Below, one piece after another: positions 25,489 to 38,848 of a DNA stretch of 64,000 nucleotides (positions within the stretch are counted from its first letter, which is position 1; every line of letters starts with the position of its first letter). A model generated the notes under the pieces. The model saw only the letters and a program-made list of their open reading frames with translations. It was not told where the DNA came from and searched no databases. Source of the DNA: Schizochytrium sp. TIO01. Its lineage: Eukaryota; Protista; Bigyra: Labyrinthulomycetes. The position numbers and the translations under genes were made by a program. The stretch spans positions 4,006,436 through 4,070,435 of the forward strand of contig SMSO01000031.1 in NCBI GenBank assembly GCA_004764695.1, in the 5' to 3' direction.

Positions 25489-26049
25489 ATGATCATGGCC
25501 CCGCGTGCGCGGACTACGCTGCAGCGTGCTGCAAAGACCCGACGTGGCGCGAGCACCTCTGTGGTGAGCAGTGGTCCTTTGAAGGAAAAGGCTACTCTTG
25601 AGCGGGCGAAAAGGGAGGTCGCTACAAAGGATCAAGGAATCAAAGCATGGCCAACTTCGAAGGAGCGAAAGCGTACTGAGCCTACAGAGTTCCAGCAACG
25701 TGTGTATGATTTGATCTCAACAATTCCCGAAGGCAAAGTCTCTACGTATGGAGAGGTGGCTCGTGAACTGAGTTCCAGTGCACGGGCTGTGGGCAACGCT
25801 CTGCGGAATAACCCATTTGCCCCAAGGGTTCCGTGCCATCGGGTGGTGGCAAGCACGAGGACTTTGGGTGGATTTTCAGGACAAAAGGGTCACGGAGCTC
25901 CGAATTTGATCAAGAAGCAATCCATGCTGGAAGAAGAAGGCGTAATCTTTGAAAAGGCCAAGAGCATTGATCATGAACGTGTAGTGGATAAGAGCTCCAT
26001 GTATTTTTTTCCTTCGTTGTCATCTGCTACCAAAGCCACATTTAAATAA
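25489..26049 (+). CDS. MGMT: O6-alkylguanine-DNA alkyltransferase (MGMT/Ogt family), DNA-binding/catalytic domain with a basic N-terminal extension
   Basis: TEFQQRVYDLISTIPEGKVSTYGEVA, HTH motif SARAVGNAL, N-P and active-site VPCHRVV, then GGFSG and K..ML..EG. The track ORF starts at TTG 25408; the first in-frame ATGs are 25489 and 25495. Confidence 0.93.
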   Translation: MIMAPRARTTLQRAAKTRRGASTSVVSSGPLKEKATLERAKREVATKDQGIKAWPTSKERKRTEPTEFQQRVYDLISTIPEGKVSTYGEVARELSSSARAVGNALRNNPFAPRVPCHRVVASTRTLGGFSGQKGHGAPNLIKKQSMLEEEGVIFEKAKSIDHERVVDKSSMYFFPSLSSATKATFK

Positions 26050-27205
26050 TCTCCTTAAAGACAGCATCTATCCCTTCTCATAATACACTCTTCCCTAGAC
26101 CATCTTTGCCTTTTAAGAAAAAGAAAGATAAATTCACTTTTCGTTCAATTCATTAGACAAAGTTTTGAAAGTATCCAGAACATACATTTTTTATTCTTTC
26201 ATCTTTTATGTAATCGCACCGCCAAAGTTTTAAAATCGTTGACTCAAGTTGATGTGCAGCTCTCATCGCCTCGTAGGACACGATTAAATCGGAAAAATGT
26301 GTTTAGAAAGGTTCAAAGATGTTGTTCTATTTATAAGAGATAAGGAAACCAGAACTTCGTCTCCTTATACTTTGTTAGGCCGTTCAAAAAATAGGGTTGC
26401 ACAACACTGATAGAAAAGATAAATGTGCATGTAGTACGATCCTCAGTTGCCTTGTACTGAAGTAATAGGCTATCCAATTTTGATGAAAGATGCCATTTAC
26501 CCAAAACGGTTCCTTGGTGTGCGTTGAATGTCTTGACAAAAGGAAATCTGCGCCAAAATATATGGCCCCGCATGAAGTGTTTCGCATTATTAAAAGACAC
26601 TATTCTCCGAACAGAGAGTGACCAAATAGTAGCAGAAGAATCTCTAGTTAAGATCAGAATCATCGGTGGTTACCTACTGACCTGCGCGCGCAATGTTCCA
26701 ATCTGGTGTTGATGATAAATAATCTTTCACAGGACCAGTTGGCGGGGCTATAGACTCCTGTTAATGAAGACTGAATCAACAAGCACCATCATTATTGCAC
26801 TACAAAGCGCTGTCATTTGAGATAACCATGATACGCAGAGTGCCAAATGCCACACAACGCTTTTGGATGTGAATTATTCAATGCATTCTCTTGGGAAACT
26901 ATGGTTGTGCTCATGCATGGGCTCCCAGTGCGAAACCATAAAGACATACAGGATCATGGCATGGTTATCTCTGTATTCGCTGGAAAGTACCATTGTTTGG
27001 CCCATCAATTAATAGGGTTGTAGCTAATTAGTCTCGCGCAATGTTATATGTTTGTAGTTTGTCTGTAAGCGGGGTGAAGCAAATACCTAAAGATGGGCGA
27101 GTTAGCCGGATGAGGACGATATAGGTGGATGATAAATGAATATATAGCTGTTGAAAAGTGGATAAAGGGAAAGCACTAAAGCCTACCTACCAGTAACCAT
27201 CTATT

Positions 27206-28284
27206 CTACTTGCTGTCCAAAACGAGATTATCATGAAGCAGCACATGCGCTTTGCGCTTGATTTCAAGGCGCGTGGCATGGGCATCAGGAACATAATCAG
27301 GTCCGTGACGGCGCTGGTTGTCAAACTGAGACGCAGGCATACCACCAGTTAATGTGGACCCAAATCCTGGCACGTGGAGGCCAAGTCTGCCCTCCACGAA
27401 CATTCGAAGATCATCCAGGCGTAGTTCGTTAGATCCCCGATGGTTTGCAAGTTTGATGCCCTGCTCTGCCGCCTCTTGCACGAATGCCACTGCAAGTTCA
27501 AGTAACACCTCCTGAACAGCTGGTTCAAGCTCAGCATGCGGATCAATACTCTGCACAAGATCATTAAGCTTCCTCACAGATGCCAGCAGCTCCTGATCTC
27601 CAAACCCGCGCGCTCTCAACTTCAAAAACGAGCTTGCCGTCAGAGGGGGCATACGCGGTGCCAGAGTATCTCCTGGTTTTGGAGCATTAATACCACTTGG
27701 TCCACCTATGCCAGGTCCACTACCTACACCACTTGCTCCAGCAACTCCCGGCAATGGACTTCTGCCAGCGGCAGAATTCGAAGGAGGCAGCATCCTCGGG
27801 CCTGCAGCGTTTCCAGCGCCAGCCCCAACAGAACCTACAATCGGCTTTGCAGCAGACCCTCCAGCCCCAACGACGCCACCGATTGCCCCAACCCCGTGGG
27901 GGTTGACACTATTAACGTTGCTCTTAGCGCCGCTGTTCACCATGTTATTCATGTTATTCATGGTGGCGCTGTTGGCAACACCGAGGTTCACGGAGCCACC
28001 GCTGCCTGGAAAGCGGTTGTTGGAGACGGGCCCGCGGGGAGCGTTTGCAGGGTAGGTTCCAGGCCTTTGTTGCGAGGAAGTGGTTGCAGAAGGGACTGCA
28101 GGTCCGGTCGCAGGAGGATGTGCGTAGCCAGCCATCGAGGGCGGCACTGACGTTGACGTTGGAACACCCGCTCGCTGCTGTGGCGCCACGGTGGAAGGCT
28201 GGGGTAAAGAAGATGGGCGAGGAATAGATGCGGGGATCGGGCGAGCAGGCTGCTGTGTTGGATAAGCACTGCGAGCGGCATAAG

Positions 28285-28316
<32 letters not shown>

Positions 28317-28465
28317 GACGGCATGTAGGAAGAGGCAGGTACACCAGACGCCGATGGATGAACAGGCTGACCAGGAGCTCCACCAGGAACAGAGGAGGGG
28401 GCACCGGGAGCACCGCGGGGAGGCATGCCAGTTCCCCGCGCGGGACCTCCGTAGCCGGGCTGCAT
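27206..28465 (-). CDS. TAF12: TFIID/SAGA subunit TAF12 (C-terminal histone fold, long P/Q/G-rich N-terminus)
   Basis: RKLNDLVQSIDPHAELEPAVQEVLLELAVAFV...KLANHRGSNELRLDDLRMFVEGRLGLHVPGFG...HATRLEIKRK matches the TAF12 pattern (LQDLVREVDP..L...VEE.LL..A..F, LARHRKS, IPGFG, H..R). Uninterrupted 419-aa ORF. Confidence 0.9.
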
Positions 28466-31400
28466 GACGGCAGGAGGCGCAGCGCGAAAGAAACAGTGAA
28501 GGCTGGAGGAGCCCTGTTGTGGCTTTGCTTGAGGGAGCAGATATTGTTTTATCGATCTCTCTATGTCTATGGTTTGATGAACAATAGCAACTCAAGGGTT
28601 TATGAGATATAGTTGTTGGCTAGTTTGCGGAGTTGGTTTGAGAGCGTTGGACGATTGATTGCAAAAATGTGCTCTTACAGAGTTGTCGCAGCTTCGAGTG
28701 CAATGCAGATCAGTATGAGCAGACAAAGATTTACGTTGTATATTATACGTTGAAGAGGGAATCATTTGCTAAATTAAGTGAAGAGGATTTTCATTGAAGA
28801 AATTACTTTCGCGAGGGAAACCAACTTGGATGAACACACTTCTACAACTTACGACTTACAACGTAGTATTATCTTTATGGAAAGATTCCGTCAGCAAACG
28901 CGTTGATTTTAGTTTGAGGAAAACAAAAAACACATGGGTAATACTCTGTAAGGTAGTTCTTTTTAAATAAGTTTGATTGAGGGGGAGGGTGAAAAAGTTG
29001 ACTATTGGCAACTTCAGGAATAGTAGATCACAGGATCGTAGATTGAAATTTTATTTCACTCCCCCCCAAAAAAAAACTAAGACTAGAAAACGCTTCTCAT
29101 GTGTCTTCCAACATAACTTTTTTTTTTTTTTTTTTTCCAACTTTCGTCTATCCTCGGAAATCTAAAGCTGCAACCTAGATGATGAAGAGCTTCGTACACA
29201 ACTTCCGTAATTGTTGTATAACTGCCGACATAATCGAAATACTAGATTTTACTGTTTTAGGAATTTTGAAGCACTTTCTATGTATGAGCGTATTCAAACC
29301 TAACTCAAGCAATAACATTCATCTCATACTCAGTCCTTACTATTCCTGTGTTGTGCTAAATTAGATTTGCAGATGCTTCTGGACGTATAATCTAGGTCCT
29401 GGCAACTTTCGCCCGACTTCACTCTAAGAAGACTTGAAACTGTACAGAGATGACGAAGTGCACTTTTCTCATGCTAGTTCACATGTCATTTTCAAATCTT
29501 ATTACATTTTACAAAATCTCGTACTTTAAATGCGCTCACCTTTATATGTTCCGTCCTCTTTCATAACTACTTGGTGGACATTAATTTTGTCCTTATGGAA
29601 CGTCACATATGAGTTTCAACAGATGCCAGCTTGCTTTAAGGCGTGTATGATACTAGGCCACTCAACAAATGCTCGCCTGGCTAAGAAGATCAAGTGCGTA
29701 CTGAGCATTCCTCTGTATGAACACACACATCGATCTGAAGCCTTCGTTGTATACAAGTTTAGCTTGTTTCATAGTTTGTACAAGAATGTCTCTCAAATTT
29801 AGGACGATCTCCGTGCTATGAATAGAATAGTCCGACTGTCTGGCAATTGGTTTCTGTGGGTATCCTTTGAAAGGTAAGTGCCCTAGTTTAGTTTATCATA
29901 GAAGTATAGCATCCACAGTGAACGACTTGATGTTTGGGAAATGTCTCTAAACTGCGCAAGTATGTAGGCTCAAATATTAAACATACATAAGAAGGATAAA
30001 GACTGTTGCACAGCCTTACGACCAATACTCCGTTCGCAATATCATTTCCGAGTATCGAGTTTGGAATTAGAGAAGAAATAGTTGCATCTGTTGATGCTAA
30101 TCTAAACCCCTTTAAATGATTTCGTAATCGAAGATGCGTCATGGTATTGCCTCTCCGCTGCGATGGATTACGAGAGAAATGCATAACTTGCATGTCAACC
30201 TGAACTCAGAGAGGGAGCTTCACAAACCCATACTCTTATTATAGGAGAGAGCGGGAGAATGAAGTTTTATTTCAGAGCTGATGCAGAAAGATGTTAATCT
30301 TATTTCGTGCAACATATCTTGCTTGGTGACGCCGCCAAACCATCTAAAATTCAGGTTGGGTATTTGTTCAAAGTTCGCGTTTTCACACATAAAGTGGTAT
30401 TACATAGGGAACAGAGTTGATCATTAAGGTGTCTGTGGAGGCAAGGCAAAGCAAACTTCGTTTGTTTCTTGTTCGTCGTGTAAGACAGGAGGGGGTTATA
30501 ATTTCGATAAGTCTCTGTTGCGAACGTCTTCATGCCGCATTGGTATTTCGATGGCGAACAGGGTCATGATTAATTCACCATGTCTGTATACGTATTTTGA
30601 AAAATCAAAACTATGTTAGACTCAATTCCAAACAAAATTGGGCGCACTTGAAGGGCCTTCTCACATGCATATGACAAAAGACGAAATCTTCAAAGTATGT
30701 AATGGACAACACCCCCCACCCCCCCCCCATGTTGATTATTCTCCACATTTGTGAGTGAATAAACTGGAATGGAACATGAGAAATGTAATTTCAAGCTAAA
30801 CCTGTTCGCTCCCTCAGTACGAAACCTGATACCCCGCTAAAAGGCCTGCTGGACAACCATAAAAGTACACTGCAACTATTTTGTTGCTGGTTCAATCCTA
30901 TCCTTGAAAGCGGACGCAAGCCACGCGTCTTCCTGAGTTTAGATGACACCTGAAGACCTCTAATTAATTAAAAAGTGAACTTTGAATCCTCCAAAGTAAT
31001 GGCTTTTTGAGCGGGGCAGTAAAGGTTGCGGCCAGAAAAGCCACTTTTAAAATTTTCAAAGTGAAACGTGCATTCGGCCAGAGTATAATCCATTTCAAAG
31101 AGCATTATTGGCTAGTTGGTTGGGATTGGATACTTGCGTCAGGGTGAGCTGTAACTCTAGTTCAGCTGACGAGTTTTTATTCAGATAGCACAATATCAAA
31201 ACACTATAATACAAACAAGATATCTACTTGGAGCGCTTTATTGGCGCCTTAAAAAGCAATAGATGAAACGCGGAGCATTACTAAAAATGAGAACAAAGCA
31301 CCCCGCATTGCATTGCAAAAATAAGTCCATGCAACTGAGACAAGCTGTCGGGTTCTATCTGAGTGCGTCTGAGAGACAGACACCCATTCTTTGCTGGCCT

Positions 31401-32115
31401 GTTCAGCATTTAATCTGAAAACTGAAAAAGTTGCTCCGTTGCAATGAAGTGCAATGCTCTAGTCTAGGAAGTGAGGAAAACAACGTCCATTACGTTGTCA
31501 TGATGATACTTACGAAATAAAAATGCAAAAATATGCAAGCATTCCTTCGTTGCATGTCGCGTGGCCTTGCCCGATGGTTTTGCTTTTCATATCATTCGAC
31601 AGATAAGAACTTAGTTAGCGCACATTTTAGTTGATTCGCAAATGACGGCCGGCCAGCTTCGCGTGCACAAAGGTATGACGAATAATTAAAATCAGGATTA
31701 GTGATAGTCTCACTGAAGTGACAATTTGCGATGATTCGACATCACATAAATGGTTGACATACATTAATACACACAACTCATTCTGCCATAATTATTTCGA
31801 GCCGTGCGTCTTGGTATTTGTCATCCTCAAAAACACTTCTCTGCCTTGCTTTCCGTTTCCTAGAGTGTGCGCCTGTTAAAAGTTGCGTCTTACGCAATAA
31901 CACAGCCTTAACACCTTATTTATTTGATTCTGCTTTTGTTTTGTTTTATAAATAAAAATGTGGTGTGCAGTGGCTATCCTTATCTTGACTGCTTTCTGCG
32001 AACGACGACACCTTTATGAGTTGTAAAGTTAAGCCACACTATCAGGCGACCGGTATGCGAAGCGTCAAAAGAAAGCGGCCTGGCCTTTCATTTCTCACTT
32101 TCACTGGCCCTTCAT

Positions 32116-32148
<33 letters not shown>

Positions 32149-33906
32149 CCCCCCGTACTTTGTAGCGCATGCCCCCAACAGAACACATTTTCCACCCAAG
32201 AACAGCAATATTGCTCCACGCACAAAGAAATAAAACTCCTAATTTATTTGTGCGCCTCGATGAACTACGCGAATAGCTCTAGAGAAAAACCTACTCACAT
32301 CCGCCCGTTTCACGTCACCACCTGCGGCTCCCTACCCCATCCTTGTTTGTGCCAGGTATCTCTACTTCGTCGCGCTGCCTTCCTTCCCTCCCTGTTGGTG
32401 TCTCCCAGTGGCGGCCTCTTCGGCAGCCTCGGGTCAAGGCTCCGGCCAGACCCCCTCTCAGCTAGCTCAGAAGACGAGGTCATATTATATATAAAGCGCG
32501 CCCGCGGTGGTCAGAGCAGGCAGCGCTTGCGAGCTCCTACGTGAAGCGAGCGAGCACGCAAGTCCGTCTTGCGGCGCGCCTCTGCTGCGGCGCAGTCTGC
32601 TCCGGGTCTCTCTCTCTTCGTGTCTGCCCCGCATGGTCTCGCAGCTGGCGGTCTGCGTGCATTCTGCATGCACGCCGGAGTCATATCTACCCCACCGATC
32701 GAAGCTTTACACAGTTTGAGAATCCGTGTCTCTCTCTCTTTCTCCCGCTGCCCATGGAAAACAAAAACAAAATAAGAAAGACAAAAGACAAAAGACAAAC
32801 ACTCAAACAGCCCAAGAGTGAACTAACTAACTAACTAACTAACACACAGAGCAGAGGCAGAAGAGAAATCGAGGCCTAAGGCAGGCGCCGCGGCTCGCGG
32901 CCTGCCTCCTCGCGATGGACGTCCATGAGGGAGGATGGATGGATGGATGGATGGATGGATGCCCATGCCTCGATGGCGCATGGCCCATGCATGACGCATG
33001 CCATCGATGGCGGTGCCGCTGCGGATGCCACAGTCACGCCTCCCTTGCGCCGCATCCGAGCCGCATCAGGTGATGCGGCCTCTGCTCGCAGGGCTCTCTT
33101 TCGCCTCGACTGGCAGGTTTGCCGCTCCTTGCACACTCGACGCCCAGAGCCGCCCATGCGGCGGCGCCGCCGCCATCGACCATCGCGGCATGCGAGGCGA
33201 GGCGCTCCGGACCGCCCATGAGCGCATGCTCAGCTGGCGTGCGCATGCATCAGCGGATGCGCGATCGATGCCGTGGATGAATGAGTGAGTGAGTGAATGA
33301 ATGAATGAACGAATGGATGGATCGCAAGGCCGATGACCGGATCGCCATGCCGCGGCGCCCAATGCGGCGGCGGTCTGGGCAGGCCTGGCAGCGGGCGGCG
33401 GCGGGAGCGCCGCGCAGGCCGTGCTGGCGCCGCCCGTGGAGGACGCAGACGCCGTGGCGCCCAAGGCGGCGCCCTCGCGCGGCGCTGTTCCGCGACGTCG
33501 CGGCGTCCACCGTGAGGAGCGAGCTGCGGGCGCTTCGCGAGGCCCTGCAATCCTTCTCCCTTCTGCTAGGCGATGCCGCCCTCCTCCAGGCGCTCCCGCA
33601 CCTCCCGCACCTCGCAGGCCGCCCCCTCCTCGCTGCTCCTCACAAGCCCCGCCTCGGCTGCAGCGGCCGGCGCCGCGCGGCCTTGGGGCGCTGCGTCGCG
33701 CGCGAAAGAGGCCTCGGGGATGAAGGAGGTCTGCCTCTGCTAGGCCAGCTGACAAACTGACTGCTTGATGAGCCTACGCTATTGCGTTAGCCTCGACTAG
33801 GAGGTCCTCACGACCCCGAAGGACGAGGGATCTGTAGCAGGGACCATCTACCCTAATCTCTAGCCCCTCTTCTTTCAACTGAGTTTTGCCACTATAATCG
33901 ATTGAG

Positions 33907-33962
33907 GAATGAATGAATGAATGAATGAATGAATGAATGAATGAATGAATGAATGAATGAAT
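33907..33962. repeat. (GAAT)~14 microsatellite
   Basis: Directly visible. Confidence 0.95.
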
Positions 33963-34465
33963 CGATGAATGCATGAATCGGTGTATCGATGAGTCTCAGT
34001 GATGGTGCTACTACTGCTATATCGCGCGATGCACTTGTGTATTGTGCATAGTAGCAAGGGCGCTGGTGTTTGTGTTTGTTTATTTATTTGCTTGCCCTCG
34101 CTGTGGCGGGGTCAGGCCCATCGCAAAGGTCGCTCGCCTGCTGCGTCGTCTGCGTCGTCTGCAGCGTGCGTGGGCCGCTCACCTCCGCGGGTGTCTGAGT
34201 TTGACCTGTCTGTGATGCTGGATTGACGCATCACTCCCGAGTCGCTCCGTCAACTGGCTCGAGTTGTTCTGACGCTCGCTCGCTCAATCAATCAATCCCT
34301 CCCTCCCTCCGTCCATGCGCTGCCTTCTCCCATTTCTGTGTCACGATGCACTCTGCTGCTTCGGGATGTACCAGAAGCTACGGTGGCACTGCGGCTGCGG
34401 GCCCGCCCCCCTGAATCCAACAGGCGCTTCCCGTCGCTCAACCCCTTCGCTCGACGGCTCCTCTC

Positions 34466-34515
<50 letters not shown>

Positions 34516-37500
34516 CTGCCTGTTTGTTTGTTATTACTTACTTACCCATGCGCCCATTTGTCTTTTGCTTGCCTGTTACGTCTGCTTCTCCCCTCCTTGT
34601 TGTCTATCTCCTACAGTATCATCGCCTTCCGTGCATCTATCTATCTATACCTGTCTACACATTTATTTGTTTATTTATTTATTTATTTATTTGTTTGTTT
34701 GTTTGTTTGTTTGTTTGTTTATCTATCTATCTATCTATCTATCTATCAATCATATGATCGCGACCCCGGAGCCGCAGGCATAACCCTCGCGGAGCAGTGG
34801 CCTTCGACTGCGGGGCAGCTGACTTGGCTTGGCCTGGCTTGGCGCGAGAGCACGGATGCCGCGATCCCGTTCGTGGATGAGCGAGTGAGCGAATGAACGG
34901 ATGGATGCTGCATGCCTCGATTCCACCCATGCGTGCATGCCTGCATCCGCGCGGCGCGGATGCATCGGCCGCAGCCAATCCATGCGCGCTCGCTCCGTGG
35001 CTGCATGCGCCTGGGCCGCAGGCCCGAGCGTATGGGCGCCTGAGCCCGACTCAGAGGCGACCTCCGCTGCATGCAGCCCAGCCAGGCCGGTCTGCCTCGA
35101 TGAGGCGGGGCCATGGACGAGGATCCGGGCATCCCTCCATCCATGCCTGCGTGTCTGCCTGCCGGCCTGCATGAATGAATGAACGAATGAATCGGCGCGC
35201 CTCGCCTGCTCGAGCGGGAAGAGCCGCGGCGATTGCCTGCTCCATCATGCCTCCTGGAGCTTGCTTGCCTGCTCGCCGGGGCCCTTCCCTGCTGCTCGCC
35301 CTCTCCGAGGTCACGCCCAGGGCGAGGGTCGAGGGCGAGGGGTCACGCAGGGGTCGTGCGTGGTGTACAAGCACGCCAAGGCGGACGTGGAGGGCGCCGC
35401 AGAGAGCGAGGACGTGGGCTCGAGAGGGGAGGCGCTGCCGCCGCCGCGCTAGGCCTCCGCTATTGCGCGGTAGGGCTTTCTTTGGGGTTGTAGGAAATGT
35501 CGTAGCTGGGTTCCTAGCGAAAAGTTTTTTGTTTTTGTTTTTTCACTAAATTCTCTCTTTCTTCTGCTGGTGATGGCGAGAATAAGAATTCAATGTATTA
35601 TTTTTTAAAGACGTTATTATCGTTTTGTAGGTTCACTGGGAAGACAATGGTGTCCGGAGACAAAGAGTGGGAATGAAATAACTGACTACACGGACAGGGC
35701 CAGCCAGCAAGGAGCTCTTCGATGAAGAGCGAGTTTTCGTTTACTCACAAGACAGAATAAAAAACAGAAAAGAAGTTTTTATGTTGTCAGAGTAAAACGA
35801 CGAAAAGGCAGTCGAACAAAAACTCTGTTTGCACAGCAGCAGACACGAAAGTAAGAGACAGATAAAATAATGAATTAAAGAAAGTATTTATGAAGATAAA
35901 ATTGATCTCTCGTCGGAAAATTGAAAAACTTACTTATGACATTTATTTAAAAAAATAATAAAATAAAAAAGTTCCCACGCACGCTAACAACACGAAACGA
36001 GATTTGAGAGCGCCTAACTTGGGAGGACAGCACCTGCTACTCACTCACCAATCTCTCTCAATCTCTCTCTCTTCATTAGCGCGTGAATCGCGTGGGCCAA
36101 AGAACCACAACCAAGAATGGTACATCCAAAAGGAAACCTCAGATGAACAGAGGCCCTAAGTGCCACCAGAGTCCGTGAAAATCGTGAGGACGACCGCTCC
36201 AAAAACCAAGAACCGGTGCCGAGTCGAGATCTTCTTTCAATTGAAGAGATCGTGAGACTTATCCGTTCAATTGAAACCTGGGACGGACACGTGTGGCAGG
36301 AAGGGGGCATTGCTGGCAGCCTGACCCCCGAAATTGGAAATCGCTGTGGGAATACATCCACAGTTACACATGATAGGTCAAGTTGGACCTGAATCACTAT
36401 AAATGTGTTTTGTGGGAATTGGTGGAGCCCTGATACACCAAACTGTGGGAGGGCTCATCTGGGATGCATTGAACTCACTGCCTTTGGAGGGAGCGAGAAA
36501 GAGTTGGTTTGCCCTCGGCGATAAATCCAAGTTGTTCCTTAATTTATTTACAAACAGTCGAACTATCATTGGTGTAAGCGATTTCTCCTCTGTAGTTCTT
36601 CTTCCTCTTTCCTTCTGCCTCTTCTTCATATTCTGTTTTTCCATTCTATGTCTGCGAGGGCGTTCTCCTTCTTTCTTTTATTTCTTTCTCTGTTTTTGTT
36701 AATCTGCATTTTCCCTTCAGCCTCAACGGATCGTTTTAGCTTCATTCTTGCTTCGATGGATGGCCCCTGTTTCCCTCTTGATCTCCAGCTCAGCCTTGAC
36801 ATTCTACAAGACCTCGCCCTTCTGAGAGAGATAGAGAGATGCCTTTTCGCCATCTATATCCTCCCCAGGTCAGATGCTCGAGGGGCTCGCCGCCGCCGCC
36901 TTGGCCTCTTCCTCCGTCCTTCTCCATGCCATGCCATGCCTTGCGGTCTCCTCCACTCTTCTTCTTCTTCATCATCATCATGATCATCATCTTCTTCTTC
37001 TTCTTCTTCTTCTTCTGCCTCTTCTGAAGAACAGTCCTTCAGTCCTCCTTCAGTCCTTCTCCCCTCTGTGGCGGCCTTTTCAAGCCCAACTGAGCCTCGT
37101 CTTTCTACGGAACAGCCTGCGCTAATATCCTGGTCTCCCCGCCTGGCAGTAGCTGTGGTCCCCCTTAGGCGCTTTGCGGGCCGCGCCTTTGCGAGTCTGG
37201 AGCGAGCGCGCCCACCGACGCCCGAAGCCCTCGCGACGGCAGCCTGGCCGGCAGCAGGCAGCAGGCAGCAGGCAGGCAGGCAGGCGGGCGTGCGCGTGCG
37301 CGTGGCGGCGATGCCTGCACGCATGGATGCATGGATGCATGGATGCATGCCTAGATGGATGGATGGATGGATGGATGGATGGATGGATGGGTCCATGGCG
37401 CTCCGCAAGACGATGGGGGCTACAGCGACACAGTCCCAACAGAGCAGGCAGGCAGGCAGGCCTGCTTCCGCTTCCCCGCTGAGGTCTCCCGGCGCCTGCG

Positions 37501-38310
37501 TGCTGCACAGGCCTCCGCCGCCGCCGCGCATGCCCCATGCGCGGCATGCCACAGCGTCCACGGCCGCCGCGATGATCATTGGCGCATCGATCTTGGTCTC
37601 TTCATCATCGCGCCATCGGCGGAGTGCGTGCGCGGCTGCGCTCTTAGAACCGACAAGCGGCCCATCCGCTGCGTCTCAGGACCCGAACCCGCACCCCGCC
37701 AGAGCTGCCTCCGCGCCGTGCCTCTGCCAACGCCCGAGAGACCGCGAGAGCGGGGCGGATGAAGCTTCGCTCCCGTGCCATGGGAGAGGCAGAGATGGAT
37801 GCGGATGCTGCGATGGATGCTTTCTTTCGCGCCTTCGCGCCTTCGCTCTTCCTCTCTGATCACAGGCATCGCCGCCATCCATCCACTCCGCCGACTGTGG
37901 GTCGCGGGCTCCTCGCCGGGGCTCCACGCTGCGGCGGCCGCGCGCGAGGCCTCCGCGGGGGCCAGGCCGGCGGGCAGGCAGGCAGGCAGGCAGGCAGGCA
38001 GCGAGAGCAGCGAGAGCTCAATCGCCCTATTCGATCGATAATAATCAATCATTTAGTCAGTCAGTCAGTCAGTCAGTCAATCAATCAATCAATCAATCAA
38101 TCTGTCAATTAAATCAGTCAATTAATCAGTGCATCGCTATTTGTGGTAAAAAGGAGGTCTCTCAGTACCTACGCGTATAACGCACGTATCCATAACGATC
38201 GACCAACTGACTGACTGACTGACTGACTAACTGACTGAGTGAGAGAGTGAGAGAGAGAGAGTGAGTTGGTGAATCAATCTATCTATCTATTCATTTCTCT
38301 ATTGATTGGT

Positions 38311-38341
<31 letters not shown>

Positions 38342-38801
38342 AAGGGCGACTGGGCCTCGAATAGGAGATGCCTAGGCAGGGCGCCTCTTAACGGCTGTCT
38401 AGGTGAAATGCCAACTGCTGTGTAACTGTTCCTATTTCTTACCGGCGGAGTTGGTATATAGGGCTTTTGGTACACCCAGGAGGAGGAAGGAGGGAGGGAA
38501 GAAGGAAAGAAGGGAAGTAAAAGAAAGAAAGTGAGTAAAAGAAAGAAAGGACGATTTTCTCTCTCATTGACTGATTGACTGATTGATTGATTTCTTATTT
38601 TCCTAGCTAGACTGATCGATCGATCGCGCGCTGGAGAGAAGCGGCGGCAGGCGGCCTGGAGGCTACGTTGAGGGCCGGGAAGGGGCCCTGCAGCCTGCGT
38701 GCCTGCGTGCCTGCGTGCCTAGGTCCAGCAGCCTCGTGGGCGAGTGAACGAGAGTTTACTTTCTTCTTTCACTTCTTCTGCGCTTTTCGTCAAGAGATCA
38801 T

Positions 38802-38848
38802 ATTAATTAATTAGTAAATTAATTAATTAATTAATTAATTAATTAATT
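38802..38848. repeat. (TTAA)n self-complementary microsatellite
   Basis: Directly visible, with one interruption. Confidence 0.9.

Noticed and set aside
26331-26663. WD40-like words (DSSATIWSL, KTFNAHQG) in a 110-aa minus ORF
   Set aside because: Order and spacing do not form a WD40 repeat; it lies between the 3' ends of convergent genes.
26819-26971. 12-bp inverted repeat GAGATAACCATG/CATGGTTATCTC as MITE ends
   Set aside because: No target-site duplication and no second copy; one such match is plausible by chance in 64 kb.
27349-28612. Alternative-frame and antisense ORFs over TAF12 (similar shadows over MGMT, the zinc-finger gene, MON1, CSN1, STPG)
   Set aside because: Shadows of real GC-rich coding sequence.
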